Below are positions 47,115 to 55,780 of a DNA stretch of 64,000 nucleotides, one piece after another. The DNA is from a virus (lineage: Duplodnaviria > Caudoviricetes). The notes under the pieces are model-generated. The model did no database searches. It was not told the DNA's origin and saw only the letters and a program-made list of their open reading frames with translations. Position 1 is the stretch's first letter, and the number at the start of each line of letters is the position of its first letter. The position numbers and the translations under genes were made by a program. Where the stretch lies: the IMG/VR virus record IMGVR_UViG_2728369355_000004, one strand, 5' to 3'.

Positions 47115-49541
47115 TTATTCTACAATTTCCAGATCCAAGTATTGTCCATCCCAAACATCAAGTTTATACTTTCCGGGCGGCAACTCGCCTGTAGAAATAA
47201 TAACTGGTTTATTTACTTCATCATCCGTAACAATTATCTTTTTACCCCAGTTTTCTGCGACCAAATCGTCGTAGTTACCTTGGCCTCCCCAAACAAATGT
47301 ATTTAGCAGATACACTTCTGAAACATCTGAAAGAGAGAATGTAATATCGCCTCCTTTTTTAACCTTTAATATATCCCCGATAGGTTGAATCATTGTAATT
47401 CTGACCGTTCTTCTATTTCCCCAGGTCTGAAATTCTTTATTGAATTCACCATTGGATGTAACCACAGCGTCTGTGACTAAACGGAAATTATAAACCAACC
47501 GATCCTCCAAATGTTTAGGCAATATAAAGACTTTATTGTCCTCAACTCTTACAGTCCCATTTTCCTTTGTGAAAGGCGTAAAAGGACTGTCACCAACAGA
47601 CCACTGAACGATATCTTCTGTTGTCTTCCCGTCCGCAAGCTGTAATAAGCGATTATAATCAAAAGAGAATTGATCAAGTCTATCCTTTCTTTCAGGATAT
47701 TGTACAAATATCGGTGACTGATCCAGAGGCTCGTTCTCATCCAAAACCGTTATTTCCTTGCTATGAAAGTTACTATTTTTGTCATAAACCGTCAGATCAA
47801 ACTCATAGTTTTTGGGATAATTCCAATGATTAATATCATATGTCGCGAAACTGACGGTTTTATTAGCCGGAACCTCCATTTTCAAAACCTCGCCGCTTTC
47901 GACACCCAACTCAAGGGATTGGAGATTACGGTAATCTATGAATTCACTTGAAAAGTAAGCAGTGCCATCATAAGAGCTAGTAAAATAAACGGACTCTCCG
48001 ACTGTTACTATTTTTTTAGGAACAGAAATGTTAGCGCCCCCATTATGCTCTGGTGCTTGAGGTGTATCATCTTTCTTGTCGTCACTTTTTTTATGATCAT
48101 CTTTTTTGGAATTATCGAATTCATTAGAGTTACTAGAAGAACCCCCACCGCCACCTGATGTTGTTGGCCCCTGTAATCCCAAAGTTTTTGACGAATCGCC
48201 TATTGTGACTTTAACATCACTACTTACCTTGTCGCCATTTGTCAGAGATTTAGGTTTTGTTTGAAAAGAAACATTTTCAGCATTAACTACGGCTTTATCA
48301 ACAGAACCTAATCCTATTACTTTGGCAGCAGCATTAAGAACTAACGAGAGAATAGAAGACTCTTTTGCTGTATCTATGGTTGTACCCGTAGCGTTATCAG
48401 CTACGTTTAATGCATCAATCTGTCCATTTGGGATATTTACATTAATAGCGAATGCTTCTACATTCACAGTGTGAAAATAACCTGTAAGGCTCACATTAGA
48501 TTTTGCGGGGAGCTCATTTGTTAGAGTAACTCGATCAACACTTGCTCCTTGTGAGACATCGAGGGCTGCGCCCGTCTTGATTTTTACTTCGCTAATGGAC
48601 GTTGCTCCTTCTGCCACCAAACGAACAGTTCCATCCACTTTGTTTACAATGATGCTAACCAGCATAGAATTGTTCAGATGAACGCTATGCTCTCCACCGC
48701 CGTAAACGTAGGTTTGACCGTGAATTTTAACATTTTTCAAGAATACGTCGCCGTTCCCGACGGCTTTCCCGATAATTAAATCACCCGCGATTTCCGTATT
48801 TTGAAGCGTTACACCCGTTGTGTTGATGATAACATTGCCTGCCTGCTTGTCGAGTCCAGTCGAAGGCCCATATGTTCCTGATTCTCCATACCAAGCACCA
48901 AAATGATTAACAGCACGATCAAGAATCGTAACCGCCTCAGCACGAGTCAACGATTTTTGTGGCTGAAATGTACCATTCTGGTAACCCTCAATAATACCGG
49001 CTGCAACTACAGCATTAACGGCCTTTTGGGACCAATTGTGCAGTGATGTGCTATCTTTAAAGGTTTTATTGGTATCAGAAGAAGAGATCTGAAGTAATTG
49101 GTTTACAGTAACAGCCGCTTCTTCTCTACTCAATACTTGCGTAGGACGAAAGCTACCATCTTCAAATCCTTTCATATATCCAGCATAAACTGCATCAGTA
49201 ACGGTTGAAGCAAACCAATCATCTTTATTCACATCGGTAAAAGATGCTGCTTGTCCTGGCTGAATTTGAAATGCACGATTTAGTAAAGCAGCCCATTCAC
49301 TTCTCGTAATCGGACGATTCGGTTCAAAACGAGCGTTTTCTACACCTGAAACCACACCTCGGTGGCTCCATTTTGTAACGTTATCCGTTGCCCAATGGTT
49401 CACCATATCCCCATAAGGTTGAGATACAGTAGAACTTTCTTCCTTTGTTACTTGGTGTGAACTATCGGCTGCGAATATGGGGCTAGCCCATACAGAGGTC
49501 GCTAAAATTCCAGCCGTGAAAACATTAACCCACTTCTTCAT
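47115..49541 (-). CDS. S-layer homology (3x SLH) surface protein, moron
   Basis: Signal peptide; three SLH repeats (FEPNRPITRSE, FRPTQVLSREE, FQPQKSLTRAE). Confidence 0.9.
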   Translation of the reverse strand: MKKWVNVFTAGILATSVWASPIFAADSSHQVTKEESSTVSQPYGDMVNHWATDNVTKWSHRGVVSGVENARFEPNRPITRSEWAALLNRAFQIQPGQAASFTDVNKDDWFASTVTDAVYAGYMKGFEDGSFRPTQVLSREEAAVTVNQLLQISSSDTNKTFKDSTSLHNWSQKAVNAVVAAGIIEGYQNGTFQPQKSLTRAEAVTILDRAVNHFGAWYGESGTYGPSTGLDKQAGNVIINTTGVTLQNTEIAGDLIIGKAVGNGDVFLKNVKIHGQTYVYGGGEHSVHLNNSMLVSIIVNKVDGTVRLVAEGATSISEVKIKTGAALDVSQGASVDRVTLTNELPAKSNVSLTGYFHTVNVEAFAINVNIPNGQIDALNVADNATGTTIDTAKESSILSLVLNAAAKVIGLGSVDKAVVNAENVSFQTKPKSLTNGDKVSSDVKVTIGDSSKTLGLQGPTTSGGGGGSSSNSNEFDNSKKDDHKKSDDKKDDTPQAPEHNGGANISVPKKIVTVGESVYFTSSYDGTAYFSSEFIDYRNLQSLELGVESGEVLKMEVPANKTVSFATYDINHWNYPKNYEFDLTVYDKNSNFHSKEITVLDENEPLDQSPIFVQYPERKDRLDQFSFDYNRLLQLADGKTTEDIVQWSVGDSPFTPFTKENGTVRVEDNKVFILPKHLEDRLVYNFRLVTDAVVTSNGEFNKEFQTWGNRRTVRITMIQPIGDILKVKKGGDITFSLSDVSEVYLLNTFVWGGQGNYDDLVAENWGKKIIVTDDEVNKPVIISTGELPPGKYKLDVWDGQYLDLEIVE

Positions 49542-49846
49542 CTTTTTTGTCCTCTCATTTATGTAGTGTTAAACCAAGACTATGTACCTAATATTTTAGG
49601 TATATAGAATCACTTACCTATTATTACAAGATTAATCGATGATGTCACTACTTTTTAATTCATAAGAGGATTTTTCTTGAATAAATATCAAAAGGAAGAC
49701 GTATATTCGTATACCAGTCAACATGATCACGAAACGCGTACATGCCTTCCCTGAACTCCTTACACATTTCGTTCATAAACAGAAGTAAAGCTTAAGACAT
49801 ACATTCAATCCTACAAAATCAAAAAAAGAGCCCCCGAAGGTTGCTC

Positions 49847-50050
49847 CTAATTGAGAAACAGCTTAGCCCAATAATATAAAATAACCAGAACACCTACACT
49901 TGCTAGGATTCCAGTTAATCTTTTTCCAAGTATTTTTTTAATGGGAATGCATACTACACACCAAAAGACTGAGGCTAAAATAAATATTAATAGCTTGTTT
50001 CCTCCTACAGCACCCCACATATCTACATTTGCACCTTCAAAAACATTCAA
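49847..50050 (-). CDS. small 2-TM membrane protein
   Basis: RBS GGGAGG; two hydrophobic helices. Confidence 0.55.
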   Translation of the reverse strand: MNVFEGANVDMWGAVGGNKLLIFILASVFWCVVCIPIKKILGKRLTGILASVGVLVILYYWAKLFLN

Positions 50051-50112
50051 AAAGATTCCTCCCTAGTTTTTGTCTAATTCCAAAATTATATATCCACTCC
50101 CTTTCTCGCTTT

Positions 50113-50703
50113 TTATCCTGCTTTCCTGGTTACAGAATTCTTTTGTTTAACCTGCATAATCATTTCAATAAGCTGCTCTCGGTTAATCAAGCGAACGTTA
50201 TTGGATCTTGCTAGTCTGTATGCTTGCTCAGTGTAATCGCTATTTGTCACGACCCATGCTGAAGATGCACGGTAATGTGCTACCGCACCGTAAACCTCCT
50301 GAACCGCTTTAAGCCCAACATTTTTACTGTACCGTTTCGCCTGAACTACGATACGCTGACCGTTTTTTGTAAGAACCAGATCGGCACCGTAATCTCCAGA
50401 AGCTTGTGTAACCTCAGCTTTGTATCCTTGAGCTCTGAACAGATGTCCTAAATATTTTTCGAATTGATGACCATCCATTTTATCAATTTCAGCAATTCCA
50501 GAATTACGTAGCCTTGTTGCAGCAGCCATTTGACGATAAAAGATAAATGCTATGACCATTGCTACTGCTACAAAAGATGCAAAAACAGAGGCACCGATTG
50601 AACCCGTAACTGAGTAGATAAAGAAAAACGGGGCTATTAGCGCAATCCCTGCAATAGCCTCTTCAATAGAATTTTTCTGCTTTCTTCTCCGTCTTCTAGC
50701 CAT
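50113..50703 (-). CDS. membrane-anchored Mrr-like restriction endonuclease domain protein
   Basis: Two TM, then FEKYL...GDYGADLV...VVQAKRY...AWVVTNS. Confidence 0.85.
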   Translation of the reverse strand: MARRRRRKQKNSIEEAIAGIALIAPFFFIYSVTGSIGASVFASFVAVAMVIAFIFYRQMAAATRLRNSGIAEIDKMDGHQFEKYLGHLFRAQGYKAEVTQASGDYGADLVLTKNGQRIVVQAKRYSKNVGLKAVQEVYGAVAHYRASSAWVVTNSDYTEQAYRLARSNNVRLINREQLIEMIMQVKQKNSVTRKAG

Positions 50704-50768
50704 TAATAATTCCCCCTTATTCTGTATATATCGTCAATAAAGTGATTGGAATTAATAGGTAGAAGGAA

Positions 50769-50859
50769 AGCACGCTGCGGAATTGAACCGCGCAAGGGTT
50801 CTGACCAGGCTGTTTCATGTTTCCGCTGGTTAACTGGTTCCTTGCCGCCTGCGCGTGCC
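50769..50859 (-). ncRNA. tRNA-like RNA (acceptor and T arm; non-canonical middle)
   Basis: GGCACGC/GCGTGCT 7-bp acceptor; GCGG-TTCAATT-CCGC T arm; long GCAAGG/CCTTGC and ACCAG/CTGGT stems. Confidence 0.5.
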
Positions 50860-50905
50860 GTAAAGCCCCGGAATGATCCGGGGAGCAATGTGGGGTCATG
50901 CTTAA

Positions 50906-51196
50906 TTACTTGAGCGCCAGAGCTGCTGCCTTAACGTGAGCTGGAATGGTGTATCCGTCCTTTTCCGTCAGGCTGCCATCAGCATGCACGGTTACTGCGA
51001 GCTGCTCGTACTCGTCGCCACTTGCTGGGATAACTGGATGATCGTATGCGTGTTGGCCTTCAAATTTAATGGCGGTACTGTACTCGCTCTTAGACTCTGC
51101 TGCTTCCTGTGTACTTTCAATGTGCAAGATTCTAAACCGATCCAAATATGCGTACCCACCGTTTCTTACTGCGCTTGCTTCTGTAGACATATTCAT
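50906..51196 (-). CDS. small phage protein, paralog of 57921..58175
   Basis: YAYLD..ILH...PVI...IP shared with 57921; RBS AGGAGG. Confidence 0.75.
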   Translation of the reverse strand: MNMSTEASAVRNGGYAYLDRFRILHIESTQEAAESKSEYSTAIKFEGQHAYDHPVIPASGDEYEQLAVTVHADGSLTEKDGYTIPAHVKAAALALK

Positions 51197-51413
51197 TTCC
51201 TCCTAATATGGTTTTATAGAGAAATCAAAAAAGGCCGGCACATTGGCCGACCTGATCACCGAGGCTCAAAAGCTAAGGTGTGTTCCTTATTTGATTTTCC
51301 ATGCTATAAATTTACCACATGAAAAGTCCAGTAGCAGTTCATAAAACGGTCAATTTCCAATCAAATAGCAGTCAACAAAAAAGGAACCCATTATCAGGCT
51401 CCTTATCAAAACA

Positions 51414-52238
51414 TTAAACTTTTAAGGCTTTTCTTAATGAATCTTTCATGTTACTAACAAAATTATCGCGTGTCTCAGGAGATAACTCCAAAAGAGAAAG
51501 ATAAGGATTTAAATCCTCCAATTCAACTAATAATAGTTCTCCCGAAGGTGTACGACATGCATCAACACGTTGAATACCACAATCAAGGTTATTCCAATCA
51601 ATGAATTTTTGAGCAAAGGACAAGTCTTGTTCAGTTGGTGCATATTCTTTCAATTCCCAGCGTTTATCTTTATCAGGCGCATTCATTGCATATTGAAAGT
51701 TCTTGTCAATGAAGTAAAATGATACTTCGTATTCAAAAGGAATAAACGGCTGGACCAGGATACTATGGTTCTCATTATCTATTTCATTAGTTACTTCCGC
51801 TTGAGAAATACGCTTCATGCCAATGGAATCGGCACCATCTTTTGGTTTAACAATGAAGTCTTCAACATTGGGTAGATGTTTAATATTTTCAATGGAATCT
51901 ATTGTAGGTATGACAGGGAAATTCGCGTTTGTTAACTCAAGCAAATACTCTTTTCCATTCATATCTGCCTTGCCATTAAATGAATTGTAAGTATTTAATC
52001 CCTTGCCCACTATTCTTTTTCGAAAAGCTTCATACTTTTCTTTAAAGTTCGCAACAGGGCCTGCATTTCGAAAGACGATTAAATCGATAACATCCTCGAA
52101 GCTCTCTATATCCTCCGGATGGCAAATTACCAAATCAAACTCTTCTCTAAGTTGGGAAGTGAGGTAGAGGTCTTCTTCATAATAGTTCCTACCTTTAGCT
52201 GGATAGTAAAGGTCTGTTACAAATAACAACTTCTTCAC
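51414..52238 (-). CDS. ATP-grasp (RimK/GshB-like) protein
   Basis: FPVIPT, IVKPKDGADS.G, LVQPFI, RVDA, LLVELE..NPYL. Confidence 0.75.
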   Translation of the reverse strand: MKKLLFVTDLYYPAKGRNYYEEDLYLTSQLREEFDLVICHPEDIESFEDVIDLIVFRNAGPVANFKEKYEAFRKRIVGKGLNTYNSFNGKADMNGKEYLLELTNANFPVIPTIDSIENIKHLPNVEDFIVKPKDGADSIGMKRISQAEVTNEIDNENHSILVQPFIPFEYEVSFYFIDKNFQYAMNAPDKDKRWELKEYAPTEQDLSFAQKFIDWNNLDCGIQRVDACRTPSGELLLVELEDLNPYLSLLELSPETRDNFVSNMKDSLRKALKV

Positions 52239-52399
52239 GTAGGAGCACCTAACTTTCGTATTAATTTTATTAACTCATTCTTAACATATTATACGATGCT
52301 AATCTCCTATTCAAAGAAAACAAAGAAAAGGCAAAAGAGGAACGCCCGGTCATGTGCCGCCTTTTGCGGCCGTGCGCTTCATTCTCGCCCGATTTCCAC

Positions 52400-52470
52400 A
52401 GTACAAATATATCACGTAAAAAGTCTAACGAACGGCAACAAAACGGCAAGATTCTGGCAAAAAACCGGAA
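52400..52470 (-). promoter_or_regulatory. ArpU/RinA-type activator repeats plus extended -10
   Basis: AACGGCA/AACGGCA/TCTGGCA/ACCGGAA at ~11-bp period; TGATATATT on the minus strand. Confidence 0.55.
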
Positions 52471-52477
52471 CCCCTTT

Positions 52478-52828
52478 TTACACGACTGAGCTGGCTGGAA
52501 CTGAGTTTTCAACAAGGACGGTTAAGCGGAGCATTCCGGCAAGTGTGTCCAGTGCTGCCTGTTTAATCTCTCTTAACCTGCGATCACTCATGTGCAGTTC
52601 CCCCGCAATGATATAGTCAAACTCTCCCTCATTGTCCAGGTAACTCCGCTGGATAACCTCACGTTGAATGCTGGAAAGTTTACTCATCGCCAGTTCCAGT
52701 AGCTCATCCTTTGCTTGAAACTTTGCTTCCTTGTCCACATTGAATATGGCGATTTCCTCCGTCTGCTTGCTGATCGTATTGGTGGGTTGATGCTCTCTAT
52801 ATGAATACTCCTGTGCAACCGCTATCTT
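52478..52828 (-). pseudogene. N-terminally truncated ArpU/RinA late transcription activator
   Basis: YREHQPTNTISKQTEEIAIFNVD...KLSSIQREVIQRSYL...IAGELHMSDRRLREIKQAAL; in-frame stop just upstream. Confidence 0.75.
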
Positions 52829-52854
52829 TTATCTTATAAAACCGCTCTACCACA

Positions 52855-54315
52855 TTATCTTTTTACTGCCACACTACCTATTGAAGGAAGCATAATATGT
52901 GTATCTGGTTCCATTAAATATTCTCCGAATGTCAAAACAAAAGCGTCAGCTCTGTCTGGAGACTTAAGCCCACGCCTTTTCATATCTTTCTTACTTTCAA
53001 GCAGTATTTTCCCTTTACTGGTCATGTTCCATTTACGTGCTGTAAGTTGGGTTATAAGAACATCATCATCAGGCAATTGCAGAACGCTCACATCTCCATT
53101 TATAAAATTGCTCATATTCTGTTCTAATTGTTCCTTTATGGATGCCCACATTTCAGTAACCAGGTTCCCATAGTGCTCATCTAAAGAAGAAGAGCCATTG
53201 TTAATTGGAATGATCTCATATGGTAGCCCTTCTTCAGCTACGATTTCATTTAGTCGATCCGTTACTCCTCCACCTACACCGCTATCATCTACTCTTATTC
53301 TGATTCGATTTAAATATGGATGAGCTTTATGTAGCTCTTTAGCCAGGCTGATTACCCAACCAGCAGTAACCATTGTGTCTTTCTTGAAATGATGGTGTTC
53401 TCCTACAACTCTTGGCCCTATACCAGCAAACATTGAGGTTTCATCATCACCAAATCGTGCAACGTCAACGCCTATGGTTAGCGTATCTCCGCTGGGGTCC
53501 AGCTTCACTTCTTTAGCTGCAAATTCAGCCACTTCCAACGAAATAAATGTATCCGATTCTCCACGGGGGAATTCACCTTCAACCCGGACTCTCCATACAT
53601 CACTGCCTTCACCATACTTACGCTTGAGCATAGCGATATTATCCTTGCTTGTTCTTGGACTGTCCAAGCATGAAACCTTGCGTGTCTTATAATCCGCTCT
53701 GTCCTTATTGTGCGAATCATAAAAAACACCCGACGTTTTTGTCGGGTTGCCGCACATCAATATTTTATTGAACTCACCCGACAGAGTACCTAAAATGGCT
53801 TCCATGATTGGATCAGCAACACCCGATGCCTCATCCACAATAAATAGCATGTAGTCCTCGTGAAAGCCTTGCATATTCTCAGGCTTGGTAGCTGTACGAG
53901 CTGTAGCGAACCAGCGTTCCTCGTAGTTCTTCATGTAGATTTTGGTTTTAGTCCATTTAAGGATTCTTTTCAGCACTGGGCTTTTGGACTGCCATTTATT
54001 TATCTCAGCCCATAACACGTCATGTAGCTGCTGTCTTGTAGGAGCTGTACAAATCACTTTTGGATAAGGGAAGCAGGACAGAAACCAAAGGGCTGTTGCA
54101 GCTTCCAGCCCAGTTTTTCCTACGCCTTGACCTGAACGTACTGAAACGCGCGGATTATTAGCTAAATCCATTAGAGTGCTTGCCTGCCAATCATCAGGAT
54201 AGAACTTAAGCATCTCTTGGCAGAACAATGTGGGATTCTTGCGATACTCAGGAATCCGTTTCTTGAATGCTTGAAGCCTCCGTTTCGTCTCCGGTGAATC
54301 CTTCTGTTTCATCAC
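52855..54315 (-). CDS. terL: terminase large subunit
   Basis: Walker A SGQGVGKT, Walker B FIVDEASG, GNP, IGVDVARFGDD, SPDRADA. Confidence 0.95.
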   Translation of the reverse strand: MMKQKDSPETKRRLQAFKKRIPEYRKNPTLFCQEMLKFYPDDWQASTLMDLANNPRVSVRSGQGVGKTGLEAATALWFLSCFPYPKVICTAPTRQQLHDVLWAEINKWQSKSPVLKRILKWTKTKIYMKNYEERWFATARTATKPENMQGFHEDYMLFIVDEASGVADPIMEAILGTLSGEFNKILMCGNPTKTSGVFYDSHNKDRADYKTRKVSCLDSPRTSKDNIAMLKRKYGEGSDVWRVRVEGEFPRGESDTFISLEVAEFAAKEVKLDPSGDTLTIGVDVARFGDDETSMFAGIGPRVVGEHHHFKKDTMVTAGWVISLAKELHKAHPYLNRIRIRVDDSGVGGGVTDRLNEIVAEEGLPYEIIPINNGSSSLDEHYGNLVTEMWASIKEQLEQNMSNFINGDVSVLQLPDDDVLITQLTARKWNMTSKGKILLESKKDMKRRGLKSPDRADAFVLTFGEYLMEPDTHIMLPSIGSVAVKR

Positions 54316-55537
54316 CTACCACCGCCTCTACCCAATCGTCAATTAGATCATCCTCTGTATTGCCTTCTCCCGTAACCTTGGCCCTTTCGAGTTCAAGTTT
54401 CTCACGCTGAATCTTAAGTTTTTCGTCCTCAAGCATCCGTTTATGTTTGTCTGGGAGCAGATCCATGTATTTAGTCAGTACGTCCAAAGCCTTAGTTTTA
54501 TCGTGTAGTTTAACACTTACACCATCCTTGCCCTGCTTCACCTCTGAAACCAGAGTCCCATCAATTTCATCACTATTTTTGAAAGCTACAAAATTATATC
54601 TGTACTTCTTAGTGTCTCCAGTGTCTGGATCAAAGACTGGCTCACCTTCCAGTCCTAGAATATCTTCTTCCTTTTGACCAAACTCTACGTAATCAGTAAT
54701 GTCTGCAAAAGCGATCTTCATATATTCCATCAGCACACGTTGTGCATTCAACCCCACCTCGTGGATCATGGATTCCTTATGCTGTCGAATAATGTTTTGA
54801 ATTTCAACTTTCTTCAACAGAGCGAAACCAATTTGATAGGCGGTTTTCTTACTGTATCCCGCCGCAATCGCTGACCTGGTAGCATTGAAGTCTCGAAGGT
54901 ATTCATAAGTGAATATCCTTTGCTTAGGCGTTAATCCGTCCTCATCGGGAATTTCCGGTTCAGGTTCTTCAACAGTCGCTGGAACGCTCTGTACTTTTTT
55001 GGAACGTTCCATATTACCGGAGCGTTCCGGTATTTTTTTCGGAACGTTCCGTATTTCTGGAGCAGCGTCTTTTAGCTCTTTAGAGAGCGCATCAACTGTT
55101 AGCAGGGTAGCATATACCTCTCTTGGCTTATCACCTTGATATGTACCAACGAATTTACGCCGCTCCATTTCATCAATCAGTCGGGCCGCGCTGCTATAAC
55201 CTATCCTCATTCTTCTCTGCAATAAAGAAACCGAGGCTTGTTTGGCCTCGGCTATAATTTGGACAGCTTTTAGAAAAAGCTCATCCGAATATGATGTTGG
55301 TTCTTCATCTTTATTTGGAGGTTCCTTTTTTTGATTAGTTTCATTTTCATTAGAACGTTCCGTATGTTTTCCTTCCCCAACAATCAAACTCTCCCACTTA
55401 TCTTTAGCCTTCCATCCTCTTACCGTACCTTCAGATACACTAAGTTGAGAGGCTATTTCTGTGAGACGTATTTTGCCGGAACTGGCTTTGTATAAATCAA
55501 ATGCTTCGTCCCGTTTCGGATCTCTCTTTCGTCCCAT
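54248..55537 (-). CDS. terS: terminase small subunit with inserted FtsK gamma domain
   Basis: N-terminal HTH (IASQLSVSEGTVRGWKAKDKW); FtsK-gamma SVSLLQRRMRIGYSSAARLIDEME; Terminase_2 LTPKQRIF.YEYL.DFNAT.SAIAAGYS. Confidence 0.9.
   Translation of the reverse strand: MGRKRDPKRDEAFDLYKASSGKIRLTEIASQLSVSEGTVRGWKAKDKWESLIVGEGKHTERSNENETNQKKEPPNKDEEPTSYSDELFLKAVQIIAEAKQASVSLLQRRMRIGYSSAARLIDEMERRKFVGTYQGDKPREVYATLLTVDALSKELKDAAPEIRNVPKKIPERSGNMERSKKVQSVPATVEEPEPEIPDEDGLTPKQRIFTYEYLRDFNATRSAIAAGYSKKTAYQIGFALLKKVEIQNIIRQHKESMIHEVGLNAQRVLMEYMKIAFADITDYVEFGQKEEDILGLEGEPVFDPDTGDTKKYRYNFVAFKNSDEIDGTLVSEVKQGKDGVSVKLHDKTKALDVLTKYMDLLPDKHKRMLEDEKLKIQREKLELERAKVTGEGNTEDDLIDDWVEAVVGDETEGFTGDETEASSIQETDS
54981..55053. 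repeat. four GGAACGTTCC-like repeats at ~20-bp period inside terS (candidate pac/TerS sites)
   Basis: Copies at 54981, 55001, 55019 and 55041; fifth at 55353. Confidence 0.6.
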
Positions 55538-55575
55538 ATCTTATTATTCACCCCTTTTGATAATGTATCTGAAGC

Positions 55576-55593
55576 TAAGGAAAAGTTTCCTGA
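55576..55593. promoter_or_regulatory. 18-bp palindrome, copy 4 (before terS)
   Basis: TAAGGAAAAGTTTCCTGA. Confidence 0.6.
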
Positions 55594-55647
55594 ACGAAGA
55601 AAAAACGCCTTATTAGACGCTGTTGTAGATGAATTTACTATATGTAT

Positions 55648-55679
55648 AATGTATCATCTTCTCGGTTCACGTTTACTAC
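55648..55679 (-). promoter_or_regulatory. late promoter (GTAGTA-N20-TACATT) before terS
   Basis: Exact 20-nt spacing, as in the two other copies. Confidence 0.65.
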
Positions 55680-55780
55680 GTATTTAGTGTTTTTTAATTT
55701 ATAAAAGTGATAGAATTTACTTGGGAATTATTTCAAAGTAGTGGTGAAAAACCCACAGAGATTCATCTAAATAAAAGGCG

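Noticed and set aside
50769-50859. Canonical tRNA-Ser or tRNA-Sec gene
   Set aside because: No canonical D arm or 5-bp/7-nt anticodon arm; kept only as tRNA-like
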